Source: Rhizophagus irregularis
Taxonomy: Eukaryota
DNA length: 64,000 nucleotides
Assembly: GCF_026210795.1 (NCBI RefSeq)
Contig: NC_089432.1
Coordinates: 3,844,001 to 3,908,000 of the forward strand
Reading direction: 5' to 3'
The notes beneath the pieces were generated by a model that was not told the DNA's origin, did no database searches, and saw nothing but the letters and a program-made list of their open reading frames with translations. Both the position numbers and the translations under genes were made by a program. Shown one piece after another: positions 11,904 through 23,039 of this stretch (position 1 is its first letter; the number at the start of each line of letters is the position of its first letter).

Positions 11904-14073
11904 GAAAGAAGAATAGAAGAAGGCCCAAGAGCTGACGATTTCATTTTTTTTGTAATACCTTGAGCTAATTCCCAATGATGAAAGAAAATGGAACGGCACA
12001 GCCAGATTTGGACATAAAGGTCAAAATGAAAGTCGTGCAAAGGTGTATCTAAGATAAACCATATGGTAAGTGAAGAAAAATAATTGCCAAAAAATTCTGT
12101 AATAAATATCGGTATAAGTCCTCGTGCGAGTCGCAGGCAGAAAATTGAAGGAGGGTCACAATTCCAACAATTAAGAGCCGTAAATTCAGCAGCAAAAGAG
12201 TCTGGTAAAGGTATTAGAAATGACGCGGAAAGAAAATTATCAAGATAATTAGTCTGAAGAGCCAATAGTAGTGTTTCAAAAGTATTTAAAGGGCTAAATT
12301 CCGGTAAGATATAAGGACAAGTCCACAAGTGGTCTAAAGTCTCAGGAGAAGAGTTACATTGAGAACAAAGCCAATTCGGATTATAAAAATAAGGCTTTCG
12401 TCTCTGAAGAGTTGTAAGCGTCGGAAGCATATCTAATAGTAGTTTGATACGGAAGCCACAAAACTCGGAATGACCATTCCAATGAGAGACGAATTGCTTA
12501 TTGTTATTGAGACAAAATTTGGTGCATGCCCAATCGGTATCAGAAGTTGAAGAATATGAATTAAATCTTGGTAATACAGCAAGAGTTAAAAGACTTTTAG
12601 CGTTAAAAATATTTCTAATAAATTTCCGGATATTCATATCCACAGGTAAGGAATTAAATTATAAAATGCAAGGAGCCAACAATTCCGATGATAGATGAGA
12701 AGAAAGATGTGAGTCGGTATGAGCGGCTTTGGCTAATGCATCCACATGATTATTCAAAGAGTCGTCAGCGTGAGCAGGAACCTTGATCAAGGAAACATCC
12801 AAATTCTTTTGCGACATAATAGTGCGTATGGAAAACCACAAAAGGTGGTTAAATTCTTTAAGCATTCTAGGAATAAAAGGAGCATCCACATACAAAGATC
12901 ATAAAGAAAGTAATTGGGCACAATCAGTAGCGACAGTAATCTTTGAATTCTGAGGGAGGGAGTCCAATCCGTGCAATAGAGCAAAAACTTCTGAACGTAA
13001 AGCAGAAGGAAAAATGAAAGAAATGATATTATAATGGGATTCCAAAATAAATCTATCAGGATCTATAGCGGTCCATGCATAAGTCATCGAAGATATCGGA
13101 TAACTAGAAGGAGGAAGGAAGGAACTATCAATATAAAGTGTAGACACTGAAGAAGGAAGTTATATATCAGAAATCCTAGACACTTGATTATTCATAGGAG
13201 GTAGTTGAACTGAAGCAAAAAGATAAAATAGTAAAAGAGATTTGGCAAAGCTTAACGAGGCAGAAAGCGAGACTAAGCAAGTATCTGCATGTATATAAGT
13301 ATGAGGTCTCGTAGGATAACGGATTAAACTAGATAACGGAACATAAGAAAAGCATCCTTCAGAGGGACATCGTTTAATCAAAGTTTTAGAGGTAGAGGAT
13401 CGCGGAATAGCAGAGATACAACCATGGCATGCAGTAAAATCAGAAAGCAAATCATCAACAGATGACGCAATCCAATGTGAAATAAGAGCTTCATTACGTG
13501 GAGCAGGATAGGTAGTAATCACACGGCCAACAAAAAAGAATTAGTATTACGATTAAAAGAAATAGCCCATTGAGGGTTAAACCAATAATTCTGACTAATA
13601 TCTATAAAAGAAATAGGGGCTACGGTATGAGAAACAGGAATTCTAAATTGTGATAAAATAAACAAAGAAGAAGAATTAGGAATAACAATAAGATTAAATA
13701 AATAATTAAACCAAGCAGGCACAGATCCTTTGTTTGATACTCGTTTAAGAAAGCGTAAATCTTTCCAAGAGAGAAGTCGAGAGCTACACGGTGTAATCAA
13801 TTGAGCAAGATAATGAGTGCAGAAATTCTTCTGAACATTTTTCATGGAAATAAATAAATCTCTTGGTAAAATAGACCGGAGTAGAATCGCCAGACGTAAA
13901 TCTTTCCTTAGAGGTCGGAACAATAAAGACCACGTGATATTTAATCGAGAAGAGAACAATAAAGAATTGAACAAAGAATGTGTTCGCAGGAAAAAGGTAT
14001 GGGACCATGGTTCCAGGTCAATAGTAGAAGGATAGGCATACATCACCGTCCAAAAAACTTTAGAGATAAGTAA
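11904..14073 (-). pseudogene. Non-LTR retrotransposon ORF2, C-terminal part: RNase H and CCHC zinc finger
   Basis: RNase H motifs LYIDSS, SALRSEVFALL, ATDCAQLL, KVPAHADDSLNNHVDALAK, then FRIKLLLDMLPTL...CSQC...ETLDHLWTC. Broken by stops and frameshifts, and cut at both sides by other elements. Confidence 0.85.
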
Positions 14074-14534
14074 GTCATCGGGCTGGTAGTGTGTCTCGCT
14101 AGCGCTCACCCCACCTCGGCCTCACGGTCTCGCAGTACTTACATCCTCCCTTCGTGGGGCGGGAATCCCCATATATGTGTCCCTATCTGTCCCCATATCT
14201 GTCCCATAAATATATAACCAAAAACCAGAAAACAATAGAAAAGGAAGCAAAAAAGAGAGAATAAGAGGGGAAGGACAGATGGGACAAATGGGACAGGCAT
14301 TTCAGAAATATAGGAAAGGACATCTCCCCAGAAAAAGTTTTATTTTTACCCCCCGAAATGCGTCCCATCAGTCCCGTCTGTCCCAAAAAATCTGTCCCAC
14401 ATTTCTTAGCCTCCAATTGGCTTTTCGAACTGATAACAGGTAGGTCAGCAGGTAGGTTTAAGTCCTCGGTTAGCGGGTTGATTACTTTATGTAAAGCGAA
14501 CGCAGTGAGCAAGTAAGCGGATAATCTGCACTTC

Positions 14535-15155
14535 GTCGTCGGGCTGGATGTGGGAGGTGCAAGTACCACCCACCTCTGGGTCTACGACCCGTCGCAGTAC
14601 CTATATGGCCCCTACGGGGCTCAGGAATCCTTATATATCTGCCACAATCTGGGACAATATCTGAAATAAATATATATACCAAATAACTAGAAAACAATAG
14701 AAAAGGAAGCAATAACGGATATAATGAGAGGGTTGTCCCGGATGTGGCAGATGTGGCAGATGTTTCAGAAAAATTATGAGAGGACATCCCCCCAGAAAAA
14801 GTTTTATTTTTACCCCCCCAGATCCGCCACATCCGGAACATCTGGAAAAAGTCAGGATTCCGTCTAATAATCTGTTGGAAGCAGTGAGATAGCAAACCAG
14901 GTAAGTTAGCAGGTAAGCCCCTAGAAGGTCTATAGAGCCAGTAAGGGCAGTGACATTTATTATGTAATATCTATTTACTATAAGCCCATACTCCCCCACC
15001 CCATGTAATATGAAAAATCTTACGTTACACTTATATGTTATATGACCTTTAAATACCCTCCCACCCCCTAAAATATTACGTAATAAATGTCACTGCCCTA
15101 AGACCAACCCCGTCCCACCCCCATCAGAAAAAATAAGTAATTGAACAATGGGTAT
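14535..15155 (+). repeat. Left TIR of element B (~464 bp after removing the MITE)
   Basis: Reverse complement of 28768-29230, differing mostly by transitions. Confidence 0.95.
14945..15098. mobile_element. PIF/Harbinger-type MITE (154 bp) in the left TIR
   Basis: TIR GGGCAGTGACATTTATTAYGTAATAT, TAA on both flanks; the right TIR preserves the empty site (CCAGTAAGACC). Confidence 0.92.
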
Positions 15156-15194
15156 TGAGAATAGAGCATATTCAGATAAGTTTAGAAGACAGTA

Positions 15195-15515
15195 CTAATC
15201 CGTCTTCCTCTTTTTTGCTTCCTTAAGGCATTTATCAATACACTGTTTACACGCATCATCAGAATCTAAGATTTTCTGTCCAAGTTTTTTGCATTGCCGA
15301 TTGTAAGCTGTCTGCTGTCTCTTAGCAGCGATTTCTTTCTTGTTCTCCTTAGTCTTCTTCTTGATCACCCAGTCTACTCCAGTAAAAGTATTCTTATGCA
15401 TACCACAAATTGTGCAGTCACCATGCAGCCGGTAACACCCATTTGTAGTCATATCTTGTATTTCACTAGCAGTCTCAGTTTCCTTCTTGCACTTTAGACA
15501 GTAAAATCGTGTCAT
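15195..15515 (-). CDS. Small Cys4 zinc-ribbon protein (DUF5679-like)
   Basis: YCLKCKKET...NG...GDCTICGMHKNTF pattern; intact 106-aa ORF divergent from the integrase. Confidence 0.65.
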   Translation of the reverse strand: MTRFYCLKCKKETETASEIQDMTTNGCYRLHGDCTICGMHKNTFTGVDWVIKKKTKENKKEIAAKRQQTAYNRQCKKLGQKILDSDDACKQCIDKCLKEAKKRKTD

Positions 15516-15559
15516 CTTGAGATTTGAAGTCTAAAATCTTTCCTTTAATTTGTCGTAAT

Positions 15560-16651
15560 ATGTCACAATTAGAGAATTACTACAAGTACTACAGTCTATC
15601 CAGAGTACCAGCACGAATTTTAAAAGGTGAAGAGCACTACAACCTATACAAAAAGCCCCTAAAGGAAAAATCACCAGAACGCCCAAAGGTAATTGTATGG
15701 AAACCAAATGCAACACATCAGGCAGATCTTGCAGAGATGCCAGTTGACCTCAAAGGATTCCACTATTTCCTCGTAGTGGTAGAAGTCGCGGGAAAGAGAG
15801 TCGATGCAGAACCCTTAAAGGATAAAACTGCAAATAGAGTACTAAACGGGTTTGTTAAAATCTATAGAAGAAATCATATCAAGCCTCCAACACATCGACT
15901 GGAGACAGACTCCGGATCAGAATTCACTAACGACCAGGTACGTGATTTTTTCCTGAACAGCCTAGGGGTAATGATGAGGTTCAGCGAACCAGGAAGGCAT
16001 AAACAGCAATCTTATGCTGAAAGAGCTATCCAAGCCATCCAAGAACCCCTTCTTAAACGAATGGTAGCACAGGAGTTGAAAACTGGGGTGACATCCGTGG
16101 AATGGTCAGAAGATTTCCATAATATAGTGAGTAAAGTAAATGAACTCTGGCAGAGAAATCCCCCAGACATTCTGACAGGGTCACCCAAAGTGTCAAAAAA
16201 GACAGACCTCCTCTCTGAAGGAACACGTGTCAGAGTCAAGTTAGATGAACCTATTTCTGTACTTGGTAACAAACTTCACAGAAAATTCCGTACAGAAGAC
16301 ATAAGATGGAACCTAAACATTCGTGTAATCAAAAAAATGATACTCTCACCTGAACAGCCTTCTACATATCTCCTTAATAGACCACATGGTCGATTAGGTG
16401 TATCCAAATGTGCATATACCCGAAAGGAATTGCAAGTAGTTCCTATTAATGAAAAGCCTCCACCTGACTCTGTGATAAGAGGACAACCTGAAAGATTTGT
16501 ACCTGAGCAGATACTTCGGCATCGCATTAGAAAAGGTCAAGACCAGTATTTGGTTAAGTGGGAGAGATACCCAGATACAGAAGCCACTTGGGAACCTGCT
16601 GACCAGTTGAAGGAAGATGTCCCTGACTTAATTCGCAAATTTTGGGAATAA
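15560..16651 (+). CDS. Retroviral-type (rve) DDE integrase with C-terminal chromodomain
   Basis: HQADL, LETDSGSEF and YAERAIQ supply D, D and E. The C-terminus FVPEQILRHR...YLVKWERYPDTEATWEP is a chromodomain. It is a stand-alone ORF. Confidence 0.93.
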   Translation: MSQLENYYKYYSLSRVPARILKGEEHYNLYKKPLKEKSPERPKVIVWKPNATHQADLAEMPVDLKGFHYFLVVVEVAGKRVDAEPLKDKTANRVLNGFVKIYRRNHIKPPTHRLETDSGSEFTNDQVRDFFLNSLGVMMRFSEPGRHKQQSYAERAIQAIQEPLLKRMVAQELKTGVTSVEWSEDFHNIVSKVNELWQRNPPDILTGSPKVSKKTDLLSEGTRVRVKLDEPISVLGNKLHRKFRTEDIRWNLNIRVIKKMILSPEQPSTYLLNRPHGRLGVSKCAYTRKELQVVPINEKPPPDSVIRGQPERFVPEQILRHRIRKGQDQYLVKWERYPDTEATWEPADQLKEDVPDLIRKFWE

Positions 16652-16676
16652 AAAAAAATAGAAGAATTAAAGGGTC

Positions 16677-17420
16677 TTATTTTTTGTCTCCTCTATTCAC
16701 ATCAGGAACTATCGGAATAAAAACATTCTTCCCATCACAGGTAAAGGCTATATGTTCACGTGATTCATAGACATCATAATTGTAACGTTTCAGACACGTC
16801 CGGCTCAATCCAATTTCCCTATGCTTGTATCCATCTAAAACTGCAAGATCCTCAGTGATAGCATAATCAGGGGTAAGTTTGATTGACACTCCCTTTACCA
16901 TGCCGAATGTCCTACCTGTTCCTAGAGCACCAGATATGTTGTATGTAATACTCTTGTCGATATCCAACCCTAATTCCTCAGCAGCTTCTCTCTGAATAAA
17001 AGACGCATTAGCACAAGTGTCTGCTAAACACTGAATTGCTATCCCATTAACCTCTCCATCCAGTGCTAAAAGATCTTTAGTATTCTCCAAACGAGCTATA
17101 TCAATATCCATAGGATCGTATTCCCTGATATCCTCTTTTTGTTCCTCCTTAGCTAAGTCATCTGAAATCTCTGTGACTTTTCTAGCAGACATCATCTCCT
17201 CCTGAAGAATCTCACGGAGTAATTTCCTAAAGTCTGCAGACCTTAACAGGCTTAATAAGTCATTCTTAGTAACAGCTTTTGCAGGTATAGACTTACTACC
17301 AATAACTTTCACAGGAATCTTAACAGGGGTTGCTTTGCCTTTCAAGGGTACACTAGAAGAGCTAACTGCTGTCTTATTTGGGGACGACTTAAGAAGTTTT
17401 GAGATACTCGAACCTACTTT
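16677..17420 (-). CDS. Retropepsin-like aspartic protease in the -1 frame relative to gag
   Basis: YDPMDID, GEVNG..IQCLADTCANASFIQREAAEELGL, ISGALG, IGLSRTCL. The frame is open from the A9 run at 17418-17426 and has no in-frame ATG before the linker. Confidence 0.85.
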   Translation of the reverse strand, partial: KVGSSISKLLKSSPNKTAVSSSSVPLKGKATPVKIPVKVIGSKSIPAKAVTKNDLLSLLRSADFRKLLREILQEEMMSARKVTEISDDLAKEEQKEDIREYDPMDIDIARLENTKDLLALDGEVNGIAIQCLADTCANASFIQREAAEELGLDIDKSITYNISGALGTGRTFGMVKGVSIKLTPDYAITEDLAVLDGYKHREIGLSRTCLKRYNYDVYESREHIAFTCDGKNVFIPIVPDVNRGDKK

Positions 17421-18844
17421 TTTTTTGACCCAACATGAACCATATAGACATCACCATCTTTTTCTCTCAATTCTACCTTTTCACCAAAACTCACAGTATC
17501 AATGTCCATAGCATCATCATTAAGATCAAGGTTTCTCATTGCTCAGGCCAAATCCAGATCATCACGTCTATCTTTAGCCTTCTGAAGTTGATTTGTAAGT
17601 ATTTTAGACGTCCCACGTTTATATCCCATAATAAGATCAATAGCATTTTGATGATCATCCAAAGTCCACTCAGGAGCATCAGGGTCATCACCAACATCAG
17701 GTTCTACATAACTATCATCTTAATCAGGATCCTGATGATCCTGAATAACACATCTCTGTAGTTTTGGTCGAACAGGTTTAATCTGCTATCTATAGACTGG
17801 TGGATTACGAACTGGCCGAGCCTGTAATTGTTTAAATTGCACCTGAAAATTCTTGGTAAGTTCTTCAGCCTGAGCCTTAAGCAACTCTTGTAATTGTTCT
17901 TGAGTAACCCCAGACGACTTTGATGTCAGTACGACAGGTTCCTGTTTTCCTAATGTAGGTTGAGTTATATCACTGTAATCTGCTCGAAGTCGCCGATTTC
18001 TATCTTGTAACTCCAAGCGCATTTCAGCCCTTCTCCGTTCTAAATTTCTCAGATGTTTAACCAAGTCATCAGGATTAAGATTGTAAAACCTTTCTGCTTC
18101 AAAAATATTATCAGCTGAAAGACCTCTAAAGAACTGGTCGATAATAAGATCATCAGTTAGTCTTAGTAATTTTCCAGCCCTCTTTACAGTTCTATAAAAT
18201 GCATCAACTGGCTCATTTTCCTGGCAAAGACTGTTAAAATGGATACGTTTCTTTTCATCTAAAACAGTTGGAAATTGTGTTCTAAGCCAATAAAGCGCCT
18301 GATTAGGTTTAATACCTGGAAAAACTATAGGATGATTATTATTAACAGCAACACCAGCATCTGCAGTAGCTGGAGCAGCTCTATCTGTAGGACGAGCACC
18401 AGCTCTTTTCCAAGCTTCATCTCCACCCATTAAATCATGAGTAGGAATAAATGCTGCTCTAATAGTTACTAATGCATTAACTGGATATCTTGAATAGATT
18501 TGTGCTTCAGACCCATTTACATAGGTACCTACATTCGGTCCTCCTGCACCTTCTGGTATTACTAATGCTACAAAAGCAGCTAAATTAGCTTCACCAGCTG
18601 AAGTGATACCAGAAAGTTTCCAATTTTTTCCTGTAATTTCTCGATCAAACCATTCAGCTGCTTCACCGGCCATGCAGCTTCTAAGTATACCCATAGCTCT
18701 TTTCCAAGACTCTGGTGACCCTCCAGCAGCATATGGGTTAAGATTAATAGTATCAAGATAACCCATATAAAGCCTAACAAATGTATCAATATCATCAGTA
18801 GCTTTACCCTCAAAAATCGGCAATCCTATCGCAGTGGTAGCCAT
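17414..18844 (-). pseudogene. Ty3/gypsy-like Gag (capsid) protein; tail has three C>T-type stops
   Basis: LPIFEGKATDDIDTF..., LRSCMAGEAAEWF, YWLRTQF, FNSLCQENEPVDAFY (major-homology-region-like) and IIDQFFRGLS. The frame continues through TAG/TAA/TGA to ...AMDID...VGSKKK* at 17414. Confidence 0.82.
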
Positions 18845-19623
18845 ATCGTCTCTAGTGGATTGTTTAAAAGAGGTGGAGGAGGGTTCAATTGTCTAATTCG
18901 AAACCATTGTACCTGAATTCTAAGAGCAGCTATCTGTTGGAAAAGTCTATTCCTAAGTCTCCCTAATGTCTGAATCCCAAAACGCACCCTATTATTAGCA
19001 TGTGCTAGCTATGCATTAACCTGTACAAGTTGCGCATTAGCCAATACAAGTTGTCCTCCAGTCCGAGTAGCCCTCAGCCGCCAATGATTTAGAAGGATAT
19101 TACCACGATTCACAGCATTTTGAGCCTCATTACGATCCATTACTGCTTGAGTATAATCTGCTTGTAATACATTACGTTCATGTCGTGCCTGATTACGTTC
19201 ACCTATAGCCTGTCGACGAAGCTCTACCATAGTATCATAATCTCTTTGCAGGTTATAGTTTTCTTCTATGAAATTATCATTGGCAGCACGTATAATAACT
19301 AATTGACGTTCTAAATTAGTAAACGTTTCATCAAATGCATTTATCTTACCTTGTGCAAAAACTAACAAATCTTTTGTAATACCAAGTTCTTCATGTTTTG
19401 CTTTACAGCAATACATTAATATATTAATAATATGTTTGATTTGATTATTTGCCTCCTGTATCTCTGAATCAACAGTTAAACGACCCCTAGTAGTCAATAA
19501 ATTTGCATGAGCCTTTAGTATTCTAACTAATTCATCATCGTCTTCTTCATTGGCCAAATGTGCAGAAAGCGGTCCAGTAGGTTCTGAAGGAGTATAAACT
19601 GGAATTGGTGTTGATGTCGACAT
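18845..19623 (-). pseudogene. Coiled-coil protein, possibly the frameshifted N-terminal part of Gag
   Basis: Heptad-like ERNQARHERN region. Reads through one TAG (19009) into ...RQLNPPPPLLNNP and overlaps the gag ATG one base out of frame. Confidence 0.55.
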
Positions 19624-19654
19624 AGTATTTAAACTAAGTAAGAATAAAATTCAA

Positions 19655-20878
19655 ATGGATCTTTATGTATACAATTTGGACGAGTACACGACTGACTCAA
19701 GACAAGGCAATGAGTTTGCTCCATCATGGCCCTTTCGATTAGCCGTAGCAGGTAGCTCAGACTCAGGTAAGACAACTATGATCATTAACTTGTTAATGGG
19801 TGACAAGAAGGCAAAGGAGGATGGTAATCGGTATATACTATGTGATGCAGTACTTTTAGTTGGCAGATATCTTGATGAGCTGAAGTGGGCAGTTGTACAT
19901 GATTTTTTCGAAGAGGAGAAGATCCCATTCACTGCAGTAACCCATAGTGAGATTCCAGAGATTGACTCCTTCGACCCTACTCAAGCTACTGTGGTAATCT
20001 TCAAGGATTTGATGGATGCACCTAAAAAAATCCAGGATCTCATCACTGGTTACTTTACACATGGACGACACAAAAATATTTCATATATTTATGTAGCCCA
20101 AAAATTCTTTGCCATTCCTAAGGCTATTCGAGAAAATGTTAACTACATCTCACTGCATGGAGGTCATGGGAGCCTTACAGATACTAAGAGAATCATTTGC
20201 CTATATACAGAAGAATCAGAGTCATTAGCACCAGTAATTGATGATCTTACTTTGCAACGTGAATTTGTAGTGTTTGATCTTAGATGGTCTAAAAGTGATC
20301 CACTGTCCATTCGAGTAAGATGAGATACTAGTCTCAGTTCGATCACAAAGCAATCTCAGTTCAATCCTAGTTCAATCTCAGTTCAATCTCAGTTTAATCC
20401 AAATTTGAACCCAGTTCGATCTCAGTCTGAACCCAGTTCAATCACAGTTCGATTTAAGTTTAGTCCCTATGGTCAGAAAGCTGTATCTGAAGCAAAAAAA
20501 GGTGGACACTTGATTGAATTTGCTTGGGTATTTCCATCCCCTAAAGAGCGTCAACATTTACTTGTACTTGGTGTCTTAGCTAAGAATACAGATACCTGGA
20601 TTAAATTTGTCTTTCGGGAAGCTTATGGACTCTCTGGTAAGACCCTAGGAGCTGACTTTCAGGACTTCTTAGCAAAAGTACAGGGTAGGATTGCAAAGAC
20701 TGAAACTCTGAAAACTGAGAATGTGAAGGAGTTATTCTCCCAATATGAAGCCCTGAAGTCTAGTCGCCCTCTGGATAATAAAAAAATAATAGAAGGTATT
20801 GAAGTCCTTTTACAGATCTTTTCTAAGAGCCACATGGACCGTCGAGCATTACAAGTAGGGATTAATAGTATCTTGTGA
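19655..20878 (+). pseudogene. A32/FtsK-HerA-like (genome-packaging type) ATPase with one premature TGA
   Basis: Walker A LAVAGSSDSGKT, Walker B VVIF(K)DL, FTHGRHKNISYIYVAQ...IPKAIREN. ORFs 19655-20323 and 20405-20878 are in the same frame, separated only by a TGA. Confidence 0.85.
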
Positions 20879-21422
20879 GAATATCAAGTAATTCGTCTGC
20901 AGAAGCTCTAAGAATCATAGCACTTTTTTTACAGCCTTCAAAGTCAATCCTTAACATCTTAGCCTTCAACCCTATTGCTCTTAAGGCACGAGAAGCAAAG
21001 TTCTTAATCATTGAATTACTTATATGATTTACATAGTTCTCATAGAATGTATTGAAAGGCTCGTCAATACCATCTGGATATGTATCCCTTAGAAATTGAT
21101 ATAAGGCAATTTCTCCACTATCACAACCTATGGCTATAAGCTGTTCAAGTAGCCACTTCCTAATATCTTCATATGGCTCTCCATCCATAATTTTCATATC
21201 CAGTCTTTGTGTAAACAATTGTGTAAAGTCCACATTACTTGCCCGACGAATGATATGAACTAACTTATCCCTAGCAAGTCCCAAGGCTTGTAGAGGGTCA
21301 TTCTTATCACTAATCTTCTTTATAATCTGTCTGTATAATACACTGGATAATCCTCTATGTGCTGTTTTTAGAGTGATTACTCCATAGTTTTGGCACTGGT
21401 TTATTACGATTGATGTTGACAT
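20862..21422 (-). CDS. Hypothetical protein, 186 aa (element B)
   Basis: Intact ATG ORF in the compact gene cluster; no recognised motif. Confidence 0.6.
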   Translation of the reverse strand: MSTSIVINQCQNYGVITLKTAHRGLSSVLYRQIIKKISDKNDPLQALGLARDKLVHIIRRASNVDFTQLFTQRLDMKIMDGEPYEDIRKWLLEQLIAIGCDSGEIALYQFLRDTYPDGIDEPFNTFYENYVNHISNSMIKNFASRALRAIGLKAKMLRIDFEGCKKSAMILRASADELLDILTRYY

Positions 21423-21467
21423 GGCTATCTTTCTTTATGTAAAAAAGAATTATTCAAAATTAAGTAA

Positions 21468-21971
21468 CTATTCGGAGCAGTCTTTACACAACTTGTCCGT
21501 TAAGTCACTTGGGCTTACAGGCATGAGACATTCCCTACACAACTCAATATTAAGCTCTGCAAGTCTTGGGGTATGGTCCTCCAAAGTTCGTGGATGACCG
21601 GAAGGACTAGAGGAAGGTGTCCCGTTAGTCGTATCTTGCTGTAAGATAAAATCATCATATTCATCTTGGTCAGCCTGAATAGCGGTCCTGATTTGTTGTA
21701 TATCATTGAAAGTTAACCGCTGCCCATCAAGATTTTCCTCATTATAGCGTGTTTCATTGATAATTTCCTCTATAAGCGCCTCTTCTTCATAATGGACAAG
21801 GTAGTAATCCTCAACTACCTCATAGTCACTCTCAATCAGTCTATGATATGTTTTAGTACCACGTCGAACATAACGTCCTGTATCTGTATTTAAATATACA
21901 GGTTGCTCTTCAGGTGGAGGTGCAGTTTGTCTACGGACAAGCCTTCCATCAATATAATCATGGGATTCCAT
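21468..21971 (-). CDS. Hypothetical acidic protein with C-terminal CxxC...CxxC (element B)
   Basis: LNTDTGRYVRRGTKTY and LCRECL...LCKDC; a TATA-like TATATATA lies upstream (~22032-22040). Confidence 0.65.
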   Translation of the reverse strand: MESHDYIDGRLVRRQTAPPPEEQPVYLNTDTGRYVRRGTKTYHRLIESDYEVVEDYYLVHYEEEALIEEIINETRYNEENLDGQRLTFNDIQQIRTAIQADQDEYDDFILQQDTTNGTPSSSPSGHPRTLEDHTPRLAELNIELCRECLMPVSPSDLTDKLCKDCSE

Positions 21972-22112
21972 AACTATTCGATTAAAGGTATCTCCACCGA
22001 TAATAATTGGATGTCCAGTTATAGGGTTAGCTATATATATAAGGGTAAGACATGTCTTTTTTTCTGTATGTATCTACATACCTAATAGTTTTCTTCAATT
22101 TTTAATAACCAA

Positions 22113-22272
22113 GTGACATGGTCATCAGTCCTTATCAAAAAATACAAGAATACCTGATGATGAGGTTACATGGTCATCAGTCCTTATCAAAAATGCAAGG
22201 ATACCTGATGATAAGGTTACATGGTCATCAATCCTTGTCGAAAAAATGCAAGGATACCTGATAAATAAGTTA
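22113..22272. repeat. Three ~51-bp direct repeats in the internal non-coding region of element B
   Basis: GTTACATGGTCATCAGTCCTTATCAAAAATGCAAGGATACCTGATGATAAG repeated three times with variants. Confidence 0.85.
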
Positions 22273-22550
22273 CTGGGTTATTGGCCTAGAATGTATTCAT
22301 GGAAAAACTATGGATTATATTACAGAAAATGTGAACGGAGTTCATGTCACGTGATTTAATGCGGTACGTAGATCATTTCCTTTTTGGGCGATACCCGTTC
22401 CACAAAAAATCGATTTGGTAAGAATGCGTTTGGAACCTTGTGTAACATAAATTTCTTTTTTCGGTAATTCGGGATTACGCGGTAATGCCGGCCGGATCTA
22501 AAAAAAATGACTCTGCAGGGTAATTCCTACGAAAGTCAAGTACAAAATGC

Positions 22551-22967
22551 TTACTCCTGTTGAATCCAATCATTCCACTTCCAGTCCAATCTCCAAGGAT
22601 CACCTCCCCATCTATGTTCACTTAATGCATGCTCTATGGTTTCCCTTTCCTGGGGGTTCACAACCATTCCATTCCTAAGCATTTTCTCCATAATATAAAG
22701 CTGATCCTCGGTGAGGCGGTCTATCCATCTTTTATAGAAGTCGTTTACATCTTCAAATGATATCCAGTCAATATTCCCTTTTTCAAACGGCTTTCCAAGA
22801 GCTTGGACATGCCCAATTGTAGTAGCGTAATTTTTCCATCCCTTATATGCTTCTTGACGAACCTCCTGCCACCACACACTATCTACTTTACTCGCTGCAA
22901 TAAGGTTAGTATCTGGGATCTTTGCAACAATGCATTTGACTATTTCTACTGGTAATCGGTCCAACAT
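22551..22967 (-). CDS. Small F-box-like protein
   Basis: N-terminus MLDRLPVEIVKCIVAKIP...LIAASKVDSVW matches the F-box pattern. Confidence 0.75.
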   Translation of the reverse strand: MLDRLPVEIVKCIVAKIPDTNLIAASKVDSVWWQEVRQEAYKGWKNYATTIGHVQALGKPFEKGNIDWISFEDVNDFYKRWIDRLTEDQLYIMEKMLRNGMVVNPQERETIEHALSEHRWGGDPWRLDWKWNDWIQQE

Positions 22968-23039
22968 GATGTTATGTTACTTATACTATAGCCATCTTCA
23001 ATTACTGTATACCCATTACAAATGGATAAAAAATATAAA

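Noticed and set aside
11699..12643. 314-aa ORF as a complete gene
   Set aside because: It is chimeric: LINE C-terminus reading through the junction at 11903 into a transposon end.
14183..14999. ORFs within the terminal repeats (also 28916-29272)
   Set aside because: They lie in TIR DNA, cross element junctions and show no protein motifs.
15560..18844. Ordinary Ty3/gypsy retrotransposon (gag-pro-int-chromo)
   Set aside because: The integrase is on the opposite strand as a stand-alone ORF, and there is no RT/RNase H, LTR pair or PBS.
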